This document shows positions 1-18,535 of a stretch of 64,000 nt of DNA, one piece after another. A model generated the notes under the pieces. It had not been told where the DNA came from, did no database searches, and saw nothing but the letters and a program-made list of their open reading frames with translations. The translations under genes and the position numbers were made by a program. The stretch is from Phoronis australis. Taxonomy: Eukaryota; Animalia; Phoronida. Position 1 is the stretch's first letter. Every line of letters starts with the position of its first letter. Where the stretch lies: the NCBI GenBank assembly GCA_002633005.1, contig NMRA01000422.1, positions 124,001 through 188,000 on the forward strand. The letters run 5' to 3'.

Positions 1-168
1 TGTCCCGAGGTCCGTGGGTACTAGTTGGCAGTGCTTCATCGGTAGATCATCCGTTTGCCAACTACGCCATTTGTAGATTTGTAGTAATAGCCGAGATTAC
101 CCGACCCGGGGATCGAACCCGCGACCCCCATAAAACCGGCAAGCGTGCTAACCATTCAGCTAATAGGC
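1..168 (-). mobile_element. tRNA-derived SINE-like head and body (runs off window start)
   Basis: Minus strand 98-168 reads GCCTATTAGCTGAATGGTTAGCACG...GCGGGTTCGATCCCCGGGTCGGGTA, with a Pol III A box (TAGCTGAATGG) and B box (GGTTCGATCCC). Acceptor and anticodon arms do not pair properly, so it is not a functional tRNA. Confidence 0.6.
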
Positions 169-1414
169 AATTGCCCGTTAGCGAGTAGCTAACAGAGGCT
201 CATATAATTCACTGGAAGCACATCTACAACAACAGTCTTCATTACAGCTGGCTGGCTGGCTACGCCATGAAGACCGGCGGTGGTCACTGAGTCTGACACT
301 CAGTGACACTGCCAGTGACACTGTCTAAGCTGCCAGTGGCTGGCTAACGCGTGAGTTACCTTCAGACTTCTTTAGCCTCTTCTTTTAGCAGAATGCAGGG
401 ACAGAGGTTCAGCGTCAAAGGCACTAAATCAATTGTACGCAGCTCCCAACCCGACACGTTGACTTTCGTGATAACTTCAGCACACTGAACTCCGGCTGTT
501 CCGCACGGCGGAAGTGAAACCAAAATTTAGGAACTCTCCTTCCTGATCACATGACAAGTCATGTGATTTACTGAACACCACAAAACTGACTTTGTGAGCC
601 ATATCAGTTATGTTCTTGAGCTAGACTAAAGGTTACAATTGCGGAATCAAAGTAACAAAACATGACAAGACTTTTTTAACCACTTTAGTACATCCACACA
701 ATATTTATGCCAAATGAAAAGTTTCGCTGACATGACCTATTTTCAACCATCGAACTGACAGTCAGATAGATGACCCACTTTCAACAACATGGTGGCCGAG
801 TGATGTTCTAATCTGTGAGCACTCAGCTAGCTCTGATTTGTAAAATTCTTCAGTGTGCTTTGTGCTTTACTAAAACATGCTATAGTCGCTGCTAACATGT
901 GTGCCTATCTGTATACGAGATAGTGTGGAACTTGGTTTTCTGTGTATGCTCACTCAAAATTATACCGTCGGAGACGGGAGTTTCACTCACTGACTCATAC
1001 TTAACATTACTTAGACATACTCAGACAGTGACCACAGTGACATTGACAAGTACTAGTAGACAGCTGAGCACCTGATCAACACAAGTGAAGTTTGGTGTAG
1101 GTACCTCCGAGGTAGGGTCTGGCTACCGCGGACAGATTTGGACTTCAGTCAGTGGCAGGTAGTGGTGACCGCGTCTCCTTATTGAATTCTGCCGCAGTGT
1201 GCCAGGCAATGCAATGAGCCCTGATACGCTGTAAAATGTAACAATTTCGTAAAATGTAACAACTGTTACATTTTACTTCATTGTTACATTTTACGTAGTT
1301 GTTACATTTCACATTGAACGCACATGCGAGAAATGTACCATTGTTACATTTTACGAAACCCACGTCATATTGCAAAGAAAATGACCAAAATCACGAACAA
1401 GTGGTATCTGACAC

Positions 1415-1692
1415 GGCCGGGAGGTACTGGAGTATTTTTAGACGAGGAGTGGCGCCCGAAAAATTTGAATACCTACTCATTTAGAGAGTGGGCTCGTACA
1501 AAAAGTGACCCATTGAGTAATTTGAGTAAAACCTCACATTTTCGCACACTTCAGTTCCTAAAATTCAGGAAAGTGTCTTTTAGATGTAGTTTTGTTGAAA
1601 ATGTCAGCATTTTGGAGAGTATTTTTTCTGTGAAAAAACACTTCTTTGGCGTCACTTTTCGCATACATGTTATATAGGAATGTCCTCCGGGC
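1415..1692. mobile_element. MITE with GCCGGGAGGTAC...GTCCTCCGGGC ends (copy 1)
   Basis: Short imperfect TIRs; second copy at 3589-3866; related degenerate elements near 21330 and 55615. Confidence 0.45.
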
Positions 1693-3129
1693 GGGCTGTC
1701 ACGACATGAGTTTGGATACATATTATCATTTTTATTAGTATTACATTACTATAACTACTGTCACTACTATTACTCGTTATCGTTTTCGTTATCCTTCTTC
1801 TTATTATTACTATTTTTAATTTTTTTTATCGAGAGCACAATACATGTTTAGCAAAGTGCTAATACATCGTAGACCTCAAAGATTTTAAAATCATCTCATT
1901 TATTGTTCAATGTTGTCATCGGGCTTTCCATAGTGGACAGCGAGTGCTGTTCCAAAAGGATTTTAAAGGGGCTCCTAAGATCAGCTTTAACGAAATTGTG
2001 AGAAATGTCTTTACAGCTGTGGATGCAGGGTACGCCACTTTTTGGAAGCGAGGAGGTTGAGATTTAAAATCTTGTTCAAAAGAGCACCAAATTAAAAAAT
2101 TGATTATTTCTGAGCTATCGGCAAGCACTGTTTAATTTGTAAAGATGAAGTATGTCCATCTTTAATTTGCCGTGAAGAACTGAATTCAGACTGCAACATT
2201 ATCTATCGTTGAAAACGTTCCTTGTTAAAGAACTGGGGATCATTACACGATGATGTGTAAGTTCAAAATTGCGTTACGTTGAACTCTGACGGCAGACATT
2301 TTTTGAGAACTAGCGACTAGTCAGCTGCGGTCACCGGGTCATTAGAATAGTGGGTAACGGACATACAAGACACACAACAATTTTATGTGGAATTGTCTTC
2401 AATATTTTTATGAAAACACAGAGATTTAACAGAATGTTTGAACAAGGTTTCATTGAAAGTTGATTGCATGGAACAAAAACTGCCAACGTCAAGTCAGCGA
2501 TGTTAAATATGAGCATTTAATGCAATGCATCAAAAAGATTAAAATGCAATGCAATGCATAAAAAGGATTAAAGGAGAATGCAACCCGATTTAATTAGTCT
2601 TTTTACCGTCTTAATCGGTCTATATCCACATCTCCTCTCATACGGTCGACCTCACCTTGTCGAGAGGTGTCTCGTTAACCTGTGAGGAAGGTGCGAAACG
2701 ACGCAGCGAAGTCAGTGGTTCATCTGTAGAGTGAATGCCTCTATATTGCGGTGCATCGTTCCTGCTTGTCCGAACGAACTATGAAGCTGCGAAGAAAGCA
2801 GGTATATCGTTTTTTAGACTTCCTCGAGAGCCCGAAATGCTTAGGAAGTGGCTCGCTGCAGTGAAGAATGAAAAGTGCGCTGTTAGTAGCAAGTATGAGG
2901 CCGTGATAAAACCCTGTGTCTGCATTTCAACGACAGTAATCTCTGACGAATTCCGACTTTCCAAATAACTATCCATACGTTCCGTTGCCTGTGCATGTTC
3001 ACGGCGCCTCTCTAGTATTTCTTGATCAGTGTATTCCGGTTTGAAGTGATGTCATGTGAAACCTAACGATCCGACTCGTGAAGTCTTCGTCGGGGATGAG
3101 CTCTCGACTAAGTCGGGATTGGCGCCGGG

Positions 3130-3245
3130 CAGGGCTTCATCTAGGATTTCCAACATAGGGTGTCCAAAATGGGGTTCCCAATATTCCAGGGCGTCCATGA
3201 TTCCAACGCGGCATTACCCCCCCTCCCCACCCCATTCACCAGTAA
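3130..3245. mobile_element. End of a MITE-like insertion (CAGGGCTTCATCTAGGATTT...) present in only one duplicate copy
   Basis: Sequence after GGCGCCGGGC (3121-3130) is absent from copy 2, which continues GAGTTGCC at 5289. The insertion runs into the N gap. Confidence 0.5.
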
Positions 3246-3588
3246 NNNNNNNNNNNNNNNNNNNNNNNNNNNNNNNNNNNNNNNNNNNNNNNNNNNNNNN
3301 NNNNNNNNNNNNNNNNNNNNNNNNNNNNNNNNNNNNNNNNNNNNNNNNNNCGTCTCCTTTTTCTGCCGCAGTGTGCCAGGCAATGCAATGAGCCCTGATA
3401 CGCTGTAAAATGTAACAATTTCGTAAAATGTAACAACTGTTACATTTTACGTCATTGTTACATTTTACGTAGTTGTTACATTTCACATTGAACGCACATG
3501 CGAGAAATGTACCATTGTTACATTTTACGAAACCCACGTCATATTGCAAAGAAAATGACAAAAATCACGAACAAGTGGTATCTGACAC

Positions 3589-3866
3589 GGCCGGGAGGTA
3601 CTGGAGTATTTTTAGACGAGGAGTGGCGCCCAAAAAATTTGAATACCTACTCATTTAGAGAGTGGGCTCGTACAAAAAGTGACCTATTGAGTAATTTGAG
3701 TAAAACCTCACATTTTCGCACACTTCAGTTCCCGAAATTCAGGAGAGTGTCTTCTAGATGTAGTTTTGTTGAAAATGTCAGCATTTTGGAGAGTATTTTT
3801 TCTGTGAAAAAACACTTCTTTGGCAGCACTTTTCGTATACATCCTCTATAGGAATGTCCTCCGGGC
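3589..3866. mobile_element. MITE with GCCGGGAGGTAC...GTCCTCCGGGC ends (copy 2)
   Basis: Same as 1415-1692; nested just inside the left long TIR. Confidence 0.45.
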
Positions 3867-4734
3867 TGTCACGACATGAATTTGGCTATGTATTATCATT
3901 TTTATTAGTATTACATTAATATCACTACTGTCACTACTATTACTCGTTATCGTTTTCATTATCCTTCTTCTTATTATTACTATTTTTAAATTTATTTAAC
4001 GAGGGCACAAATAGCAAAGTGCTAATACATCATGGACTTCAAAGATTTTAAAATCAAATCATTTATTGTTCAGTGTTGTCATCGGGCTTTCCATAGTGGA
4101 CAGCGAGTGCTGTTTCAAAAGGATTTTAAAGGGGCTCCTAAGATCAGCTTTAACGATATTGTGAGAAACCTCTTTACAGCTGTGGATGCAGGGTACACCA
4201 CTTTTTGGAAGCGAGGAGGTTGAGATTTAAAATCTTGTTCAAAAGAGCACCAAATTAAAAAATTGATTATTTCTGACCTATCGGCAAGCACTGTTTAATT
4301 TGTAAATATGAAGTATGTCCATCTTTAATTTGCCGTGAAGAACTGAATTCAGACTGCAACATTATCTATCGTTGAAAACGTTCCTTGTTAAAGAACTGTG
4401 GATCGTTACACGATGATGTGTAAGTTCAAAATTGCGTTACGTTGAACTCTGACGGCAGACATTTTTTGAGAACTAGCGACTAGTCAGCTGCGATCACCGG
4501 GTCATTAGAATAGTGGGTAACGGACATACAAGACACACAACAATTTTATGTGGAATTGTCTTCAATATTTTTATGAAAACACAGAGATTTAACAGAATGT
4601 TTGAACAAGGTTTCATTGAAAGTTGATTGCATGGAACAAAAGCTGCCAACGTCAAGTCAGCGATGTTAAATATGAGCATTTAATGCAATGCATCAAAAAG
4701 ATTAAAATGCAACGCAATGCATAAAAAGGATTAA

Positions 4735-6401
4735 AGGAGAATGCAACCCGATTTAATTAGTCTTTTTACCGTCTTAATCGGTCTATATCTACATCTCTCA
4801 TATGGTCGACCTCACCTTGTCGAGAGGTGTCTCGTTAACCTGTGAGGAAGGTGCGAAACGACGCAGCGAAGTCAGTGGTTCATCTGTAGAGTGAATGCCT
4901 CTATATTGCGGTGCATCGTTCCCGCTTGTCCGAACTATGAAGCTGCGAAGAAAGCAGGTATATCGTTTTTTAGACTTCCTCGAGAGCCCGAAATGCTTAG
5001 GAAGTGGCTCGCTGCTGTAAAGAATGAAAAGTGCGCTGTTAGTAGCAAGTATGAGGTCGTGATAAAACCCTGTGTCTGCATTTCAACGACAGTAATTTCT
5101 CTGACGAATTCCGGCTTACCAAAGAACTATCCATACGTTCCGTTGCCTGTGCATGTTCACGGCGCCTCTCTAGTATTTCTTGATCAGTGTATTCCGGTTT
5201 GAAGTGATGGCATGTGAAACCTAAGGATCCGACTCGTGAAGTCTTCGTCGGGGATGAGCTCTCGACTAAGTTGGGATTGGCGCCGGGCGAGTTGCCTTGT
5301 AGACATTTATTATTCTGCGTTCTGTTTCAAAATGAATTATCATTCTCACCTTAACCAATGCTTATATAAAACTGAAACAAAGTCTGTCTCATTAGATACA
5401 ATTGGTAATTCCTTTGGATTATTTGTGAGTGCAAATTTTTTGAGAAGCCAGCAATGAACGAACCATTGCGACGGCCACCAGCTTTAGAAGCAATAAAGGT
5501 AATTGACCGCCGGGCACCGAGGCCGTGTGAGCGCATGCTAATTCAGTGTTTGCTGACATAAAGCTGTTATAACTCGATTTTATATGTTATGGTCACATGT
5601 TAGGGGAATCTTTATTTAGAAATACAAATACATTATTCAAATCATCGTTACTGTACAGCCTTTGCCCTGATGGCTGTGAAAGGGGAACCTGACTTCGTGA
5701 CCCCCAACAAGTAAGTAGATTTTCAGTTTCGTGGCTTACTCACCTAAATAATTACTTGTACATTTCTTTGCCTGACTATTATAGTCTTTTCGTGACTGGA
5801 GGTTTAGAGGTTTAGTTTCCAACTTAAGCTAGTTTATGTTGGTGACGTCCAGTCCCAGCAGCCGCGACGGGCCTAATCGGGTTCCGAGCCACTGGTGAGT
5901 AACAAGCATATTGTGTGTTTAGAACTGAAAAAATCGCAAGTCTAAAAGTACAACACCCAGCTATGTTCCCCATCTGTATTTCACAGAAGAATGATTCAAA
6001 TTCATCACCAAATAGACCAAATATCCCGCGATCCACCATGGTAAATTGGTCTCCTAGTACCCGCGAACTCTGTAGGCTACGGTATGTTCAAATACCTAAA
6101 AATCCATAACAGTTAAATAAAACAACACGTATGTTCAAGAACTCTATGTATTTGTAAGGGATTTACATCGAATTTTGATGATTTATTGGTGTAAAACGAT
6201 GAATTCAAGCGATAAGTTGACACCAGTAAGCGTGTTGTGAACGGCTGAACAGACTGCGTTCAAACCGATACGTCATTGGTTAATTTCAACACCTCCGTCT
6301 GCCGTTAGGTGTCACGTAAAACAACAGAACTTGCTGTTATTGAGTGGAAATACTCGTTCTAAATTGATACAAAATAGGTTGTTTTGGGGTGGAATTCTCC
6401 T
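4735..6401 (+). mobile_element. Kolobok-like non-autonomous DNA transposon with THAP remnant
   Basis: TTAA(4731-4734)|AGGAGAATGCAACCC ... GGGGTGGAATTCTCCT|TTAA(6402-6405): TTAA TSD, RR...YY termini, imperfect TIR and an internal THAP-like coding remnant. Truncated copy at 2572-3130. Confidence 0.65.
4891..5105 (+). pseudogene. Degenerate THAP (C2CH zinc finger) domain of a transposon
   Basis: CIVPACPN...GISFFRLPREPEMLRKWLAAVKN follows the THAP pattern (CxxxxC, F.FP, R..W). The final C..HF is frameshifted (tgtgtctgCATTTC). The copy at 2735-2968 has an extra 4-bp insertion. Confidence 0.7.
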
Positions 6402-9400
6402 TTAATATACCTAATTCCATTATCTGCGGGCTGCAACACAAAAATGGCGCCTCATGAGACACATGACTTCACGTCCATTAGTAATAGAATGTCCAATCTT
6501 ATGTACTTCGAATTAACGACCATTGGCCAAATAGCAATTTTAATTCATATTTTATCTTAAAAGGTAATAGAAAGAGAAATTGCATGTTTTTATAGTCCGA
6601 AAGCCTGACAGTCAGCTTTTTGGACCATTGCCCCTTTAAACTATAGATCTAGACCAGGTTTGAGCAAAGTGACCATGTCCCTTCAGAGTGCTAGGAATCC
6701 CACTTTTACGTATACACGTCACGGTTTGACCTGTTGTTACCACCACGATTTCAGGCAGGCTTAACATAATTGGAACAATATTTCTTTCGTCAATATGCTG
6801 CCACTTTTTTAACTAATGGCTCACCCTTCCCAAAGGCGATATTTTGCTGTAGCTTTGGCGAAATCTGTCAACCTCACTGGCGGCAAATAAATGCGTGCTT
6901 TTATTTCCTCCCACCTCAATGTCTTTAAGAAACTGTCATTCATAACTAAGGTGGTAGACAGCACCCGTCGGCATCAGAAACTTGGTTTTTCTCCTTTTGT
7001 GTGAAGCAGGGCAATTACTGTATTAGCAATGACTCCAAGGCAAAAATAAACTGGCCGAAATAAACCAAACTATCGTGGACTAAAACTAGTGTTTTTTCTA
7101 TCAAATTAGCTTCCAAAATTGAATTCTCCACGAAAAATTTTGTTATTGTCGTTCGAACCGGAAGAAATATGATAAATATTAGCAAAATACGATATTGTTA
7201 TTCTTACAGAGAAGTGTGTTTACTGTAATGTCCGATAAAAATTGGTTTATGAGCGTCAACAAAAGAATGCAAGAACGCTTTAACGATAAAAAAACTTGTT
7301 ACCTGATCCTGGAAACTCCTTTCGTGTGGAGTAATGTTGAAACTGTAAGCTGTACATTTTTTACTATACCATTAAACTACTCATGTTCAAAAAACCAGGA
7401 AAGTACACATAAGGACACATCTATAAAGTCGACCTGGCACATTTGATAGAATTTCATTCACTCAATCCGAGAAAGAAGGTGTTAAGTGTGTGAACGGTTT
7501 TCCTCGGTGTGACAAATACTTTGCAAACTCATGTCACTTTCGTAAAATGTAACAATGGTACATTTCTGCATGCACATTCCATGTAAATTGTAACAATTAC
7601 ATAAAATGTAATGACTTGTAACAACTTGTTACATTTTAGGAGAGGCCTAGCAGTTTAAAATGTGACAATGACATAAAATGTAACAGTTGTTACATTTCCC
7701 GAAATTGTTACATTTTACCATGTATCAGAGCCCCTCTGCTCTGGCTTTATGATTATGGTCTAGGGGGTGCAATACTCCTCTTTGGTTTCCACACCAATCT
7801 CATCTCATGCACTTTAAATAGGTGGCAGACTGGTACAGGTGTAGGTCAAATCTACTAACCAATTCGAGAGGTTTTCACCTCATCAAAAACACATTTTACT
7901 GACCTCTTAAAAATGTCACTTACAAAAAACACTTTCTTCAGCCAGGCTATACATATGAAGCATGTCTCTTGGAATTAAGGTGAATTTGACTAAGAATTCT
8001 AATTCTACTTTTTTGATCGCCTTCAACTTTTTCATCACCCATGATTACCACAGAGTATTTCAGCTGACATCGCACGATTTAGGCAATGGCAAACGTGAGA
8101 CTGAGCGAAGTGTGTGATCGCGTTTTCATGGATATGTTCAAGTTATGTGGACTAAATTGTCTCCAGAGTTATGATATGTGTTAATTATAACTCAGTGTGT
8201 ACGTTAGACACTAGTAACATCTCAACTGGCCACAGTAGAGACAGTAACTATCCTGGTGTCTGTTATTTTTCAACAACAATTCAAGCAAATACCTACCTGT
8301 TTGGTTTAACTGCTGTTTATCTCTGATACACCTCTATTATATAGCAATACAATGATGACCAGCTGGCTATACACTACTAGGTATCTTTCAAGTTGACTTC
8401 AAGGATGTTAATACTGTTCTTTTATCTTTTATCTTTTGGAGAAAACAACCGTTGTAATCTCTATAGAAAATGTCCCTGATAAAGTCGTAAGGATTACGGA
8501 GTACATCCTCAAGAATGGGGTAGTAGGTTGAATTCATCTCTTTACACAGGACCACTCACATCTCTCAATTCTGTGCTGGTGTTAGTGTCGTCAGTAGTTG
8601 AAAAACATGTCAGTTGAATGCCAATTTAAAATTTTTTTAATTACAACAAACTTCATAAAAATTAAGGTGAAAACAACGTTTTAAGTATGCAAACATGCAT
8701 CCTAAATGATACAGCGACCTCAATTCGCCAACTAGTCATGAGTGAGTTGTTGCTATGGTAAATATATTACTACGCCAAACAGAAATCTTCAACCTATGGG
8801 TCATTTTTTGCTGTTTGTCTATTAATTTGTCATATGATGTTAAATTTGTTCTGTGTGTTGCTTAATTTATAATAAATTATTGCTGCTATTTTAAATGGAA
8901 TAAACACACACTTTATGAGTTTAAATATCTTCGCAATTCGGCAACAAAATATAAAGATGCTGCCGCTTAACCCTCTGAAGGGTTATGTAAGTGCGCATTT
9001 AAAAATAAAAATAGTTCACGTGATATGTAGGATAAATATGTTGCACAATGCATATGATATAACAAAGATGTATTCTTCAAGGTAATTTTTACTAGGAAAT
9101 TTTTCCGCATTGGGACATGACTTTGCTAAGATTCTGAATTCCACCAAATTTTGCTGGATTAATATAAAAAAATTATTCAAGACCTACTTGGGTTTGTTGA
9201 TTCAATTATGATTCCAATCGTTACTGGTACAAAAAAAAACCCACAGGTGATTGCGTGTTATACTGCACTGACTATGTAGTGTCGGTGTCTGCCTATAAGT
9301 TATTGGGCATTATAACTTCCAAGTATTTATGAATCCTTTGGGGACTTGAGCATTTTGTGGAATTAATCCTTTCTATTTTTTCTGTGAGATATTTCGTGGA

Positions 9401-9767
9401 TTTCAAATTTCGTGAGGATGGCGCTTACTGTCTTCACTGAAGTATCACTTTAAACTAAATTATGATTTAGACCACACACTGCTATAAAATTGGTCTTGGC
9501 TTGTTCTTCACGCGGATGAGAAGGGATTTTTGTTCTTGCAAGGCGTTGACAGTTCATTATTCCCTTAGACCATTTGTGTTGAAATGCATAACGCTTTCAT
9601 CAAGGGTACGATACAGACTGCCGAATAGTGTACAAGTAGCACAGTCGAGCACATGCAGACGAACGACAGGTACTAAGAACAATATGTGTGCCGAGTCAGC
9701 TTGCTGAGTATGTCATAATTAACCACCATAAATAAGGATCTGTCAGTTTCTTTCAAGCTTAGAAATC

Positions 9768-15829
<6,062 letters not shown>

Positions 15830-17246
15830 CATGTTGATAAACCCTGAACAGAATCTCCTTGTGCCACTGTTTCATGATTCAAGTTATGTTGGGATCCTTA
15901 CAGTACAAGCAAAAAGTAACATTCAGATATTGCTCGTAATGACAGCCGAGTGGAAGTGGAGTTCATGGTCAGAGTAGTGTCCCCTGATGACTGACTATGA
16001 AATTGAATTAACTGGAAAGTTAGTAAGATGGCTAAGCCATTCTGTAATTAGAATTTTGCCACTCTAATAGGTTGTACCAGTATTTTTGCTTTTAACAGAA
16101 TAAGACGTCATGACAGGAAATGGTATTTTGCCTGATTACTTTTGTCTTGTACTGCACATAAAATACTGGACTAAGAATGAGTTATACGCAATCATTTTGT
16201 TTGAGGAAATGCTTTCTAACTTTACTATTTTGTAACCACACACTGCTTCTTCTATGTACTGTAAAATCTCACCAATTTGGGACACAACATGGCAGACCAG
16301 TGAAATTTTATTTTTCGTTAAGGGTATTTACCATCAAATCAATACTTCACTATTTTCAAGTTTCATACTTTAGCTATCACCAAGCAATGTTTTTTAAATA
16401 CTGATCACTCATAACAATGTTAGCGACATTTAAAAAACGGACCATTTTGGCAACTTTTTTGTCTGAAATTGGTGAAGTTTCACCATAAACAGAGTGGTTA
16501 TTATCTTTTCGGCTTTTTATTATTACATAATGTAAGTTGAGAGTCGGAGTGTCGGAGCACATTGTCTAGGCTTCAAGCCATGTGGAGATATTATCAGGAC
16601 ACTCACATTGAAATTACCATCTTTGAACCAGACTTAAATCATGTTTGCTCAGGATTGAATAACAGCAGTGCATAGTTTACACCACTAACTTTCCACATTA
16701 AAATCTTCTAAAATTCACTTGAGTATTATATGTTGCTTGAAGTTATGAGTGACGTTAGATGTATAAAACTAATGAATTCATCATGGGTCGGTGCTTTACA
16801 GTCGTTCCATTCATCCATATGTCATCATACTTAAGTTTTAGAAGACTATAAGTTTGCTGTAAAATCTTGATTAGCACACCAGCAGTGTATAATTGCTAGT
16901 TCCCTATTGATGTTACGTAAATAACATGTAAATATAGAGTGTTGTTGTATATTGTGATGTGGCTATTGTATTGTGACAGGCATGCAGTGCTTAGGTGACA
17001 TGTAACCAATGGTTTAATCACATGTTGTGAAATGCAGATTTGCCAATTGTCACTAATTCTTATTTCTTTGACTTTTTTGTAATTAAATGTTTTACTTTAA
17101 TTACAGTCTGTTTTGTTTGATTACCTTTTGTGTAAATTTGAATAGGCCATTAACCTATTCCATTCTGAGTTGCATCCAATTTAAAAACCTTGACATTGTT
17201 GACCTAATGTACTCTCATGATGGTCTGCATAAAGCATTTTCCTCTT

Positions 17247-17432
17247 TTAAGAGGATTTCCTCTTTTTTCGTTTCGATTTCCTTTCAGTTCCCCCTTTTTT
17301 CCTTTTTTATCATTATTTTGACTTTATTCATGCAAAAAAAAGGTTTATTACAGTTCAATTTTACATCACAAAAAATATTTCTATCACACAAGCTTTTTTG
17401 TGGCAGGATACATCACCTGGAAATGTTCCTCT
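17247..17432 (+). repeat. Dispersed repeat (TTAAGAGGATTT...), related copy at 42984-43180
   Basis: Shared collinear blocks TTAAGAGGATTT, TTTGACTTTATTCATGCAAAAA, TTTCTATC..ACACAA and TTTGTGG..GATAC.TCA.CTGG. Confidence 0.6.
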
Positions 17433-18199
17433 TGTTTGTCTGGTCATTCCAAGCCCTGATATAGTAATTGCTAAAATTTTGCCCCCACAAAAAATTTGTG
17501 TTCGTACGTGGAGAACATTAAACCTGGGCCTCACAACATAAAGTGGCATCTGTCCAAAAACCAGTCTTTGACTTTGGCCATTTAATGTTGTGAAATTGGT
17601 CTTAATTGTTTTCTAGTCAAAATGGGTGTGATTTTTGGACTTGGAAAGAGCTGACACTTACCCAGAAAAACGTCATAAAATTTCAAGCGTGAACTGAAAT
17701 GGGATGAACTTTATCTGAAGAAAGAGCCCGGAAATGACTTCTAAACTTTGTAATAAACAAGGTAAGCCTTTTATGATAACTGGTCTCTATTAAAATGTGA
17801 TTTTTGACAGAAAACACGGGTTTAATGCGGCTTTCAGACTGAAAAAGCACATAAGCCATCAATTTCAGCTAGCTAAGTTTCCAACCTCTCTTTCAAAAAA
17901 AGAACCAGAAACACATTCAAGCAGGGTTTTAAACGTGGTAACTTATATGAGCCATCCGAACTACCAATTGATGATCCACTGCTTGGACGCATGAGTGTGA
18001 TCAGCGAAACAAATACTGACGCAACCAACTATGATTTTGGCTTGGTCTCAAAAGCCGTTTGACGGATGATTAAGATATTTGGCACTAGTTGGGATGCTGG
18101 TCTATTTTCGGACATATTTAAGGGGACCCATTCATGGTTCCCAAGATTTTTTTGGCCTTATTCCCGGTGTCAAATTCGTTTCTATCTCAGTCCCAGTAA

Positions 18200-18535
18200 G
18201 TCTCCATTCCCACTCATATAATATTTTTGATGAAGTTAAAAAATTTACGTAGAAGTAATCTTTTTGATTCGCACTTTTGGGTATAAATAAACTGTTTACC
18301 CAATAGTAAAATAGTGTTTTTAAAATTTTCCTTTTTATCAAAAAAGCCAAAAATAACATTGTTGCAGGAGAGAGTGCCGACACACTGGGGATTTGCTTTG
18401 TTTAAAATTTCGTTATTAACTTTTGTCCAAAATGAATTTACTTTTTCACATTCCCAAAATAAGTGTTTCAAAGTCTCTTTCGATTGTCCACAACAGGAGC
18501 AAGAGTTGTCATCCGTTACATGTATTATTTTTTTA
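18200..18535 (-). mobile_element. L1/Tx1-clade LINE ORF2 C-terminal fragment (zf-RVT)
   Basis: CSCCGQSKETLKHLFWECEKVNSFW...VIFG...NTILLLGKQFIYTQKC is the typical C-terminal zinc knuckle of L1/Tx1 ORF2. Partial second copy at 19500-19640. Confidence 0.8.

Larger units (their letters stand above)
1172..5288 (+). repeat. Direct duplication 1172-3130 / 3351-5288 across a 105-N gap (probable haplotype duplication)
   Basis: Near-identical copies with scattered SNPs and small indels on either side of N3246-3350; the paired ORFs in the track confirm it. Confidence 0.9.
3390..7733. mobile_element. Non-autonomous long-TIR DNA transposon, Sola2-like (GRG...CYC ends); left end also duplicated at 1216
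   Basis: Left arm 3390-3532 (GAGCCCTGATAC...GTAAAATGTAACAATTTCG...GTTACATTTTACGAAA) is the reverse complement of right arm 7538-7733 (TTTCGTAAAATGTAACAATGGTACATTTCT...GTATCAGAGCCC). Arms are rich in TGTAAC/GTTACA. No matching TSD seen. Confidence 0.55.

Noticed and set aside
98-168. Functional tRNA gene
   Set aside because: Acceptor stem and anticodon arm do not form; only the A/B boxes remain.
4891-5202. THAP ORF upstream of TMEM19 as conserved synteny with the human THAP2-TMEM19 pair
   Set aside because: The THAP is frameshifted and lies inside a TTAA-flanked TIR element, so coincidence is more likely.
15984-16010. Other CTGATGA...GAAA hammerhead-like strings (also ~24033 and ~17715)
   Set aside because: No stem II pairing and no NUH/stem III context.
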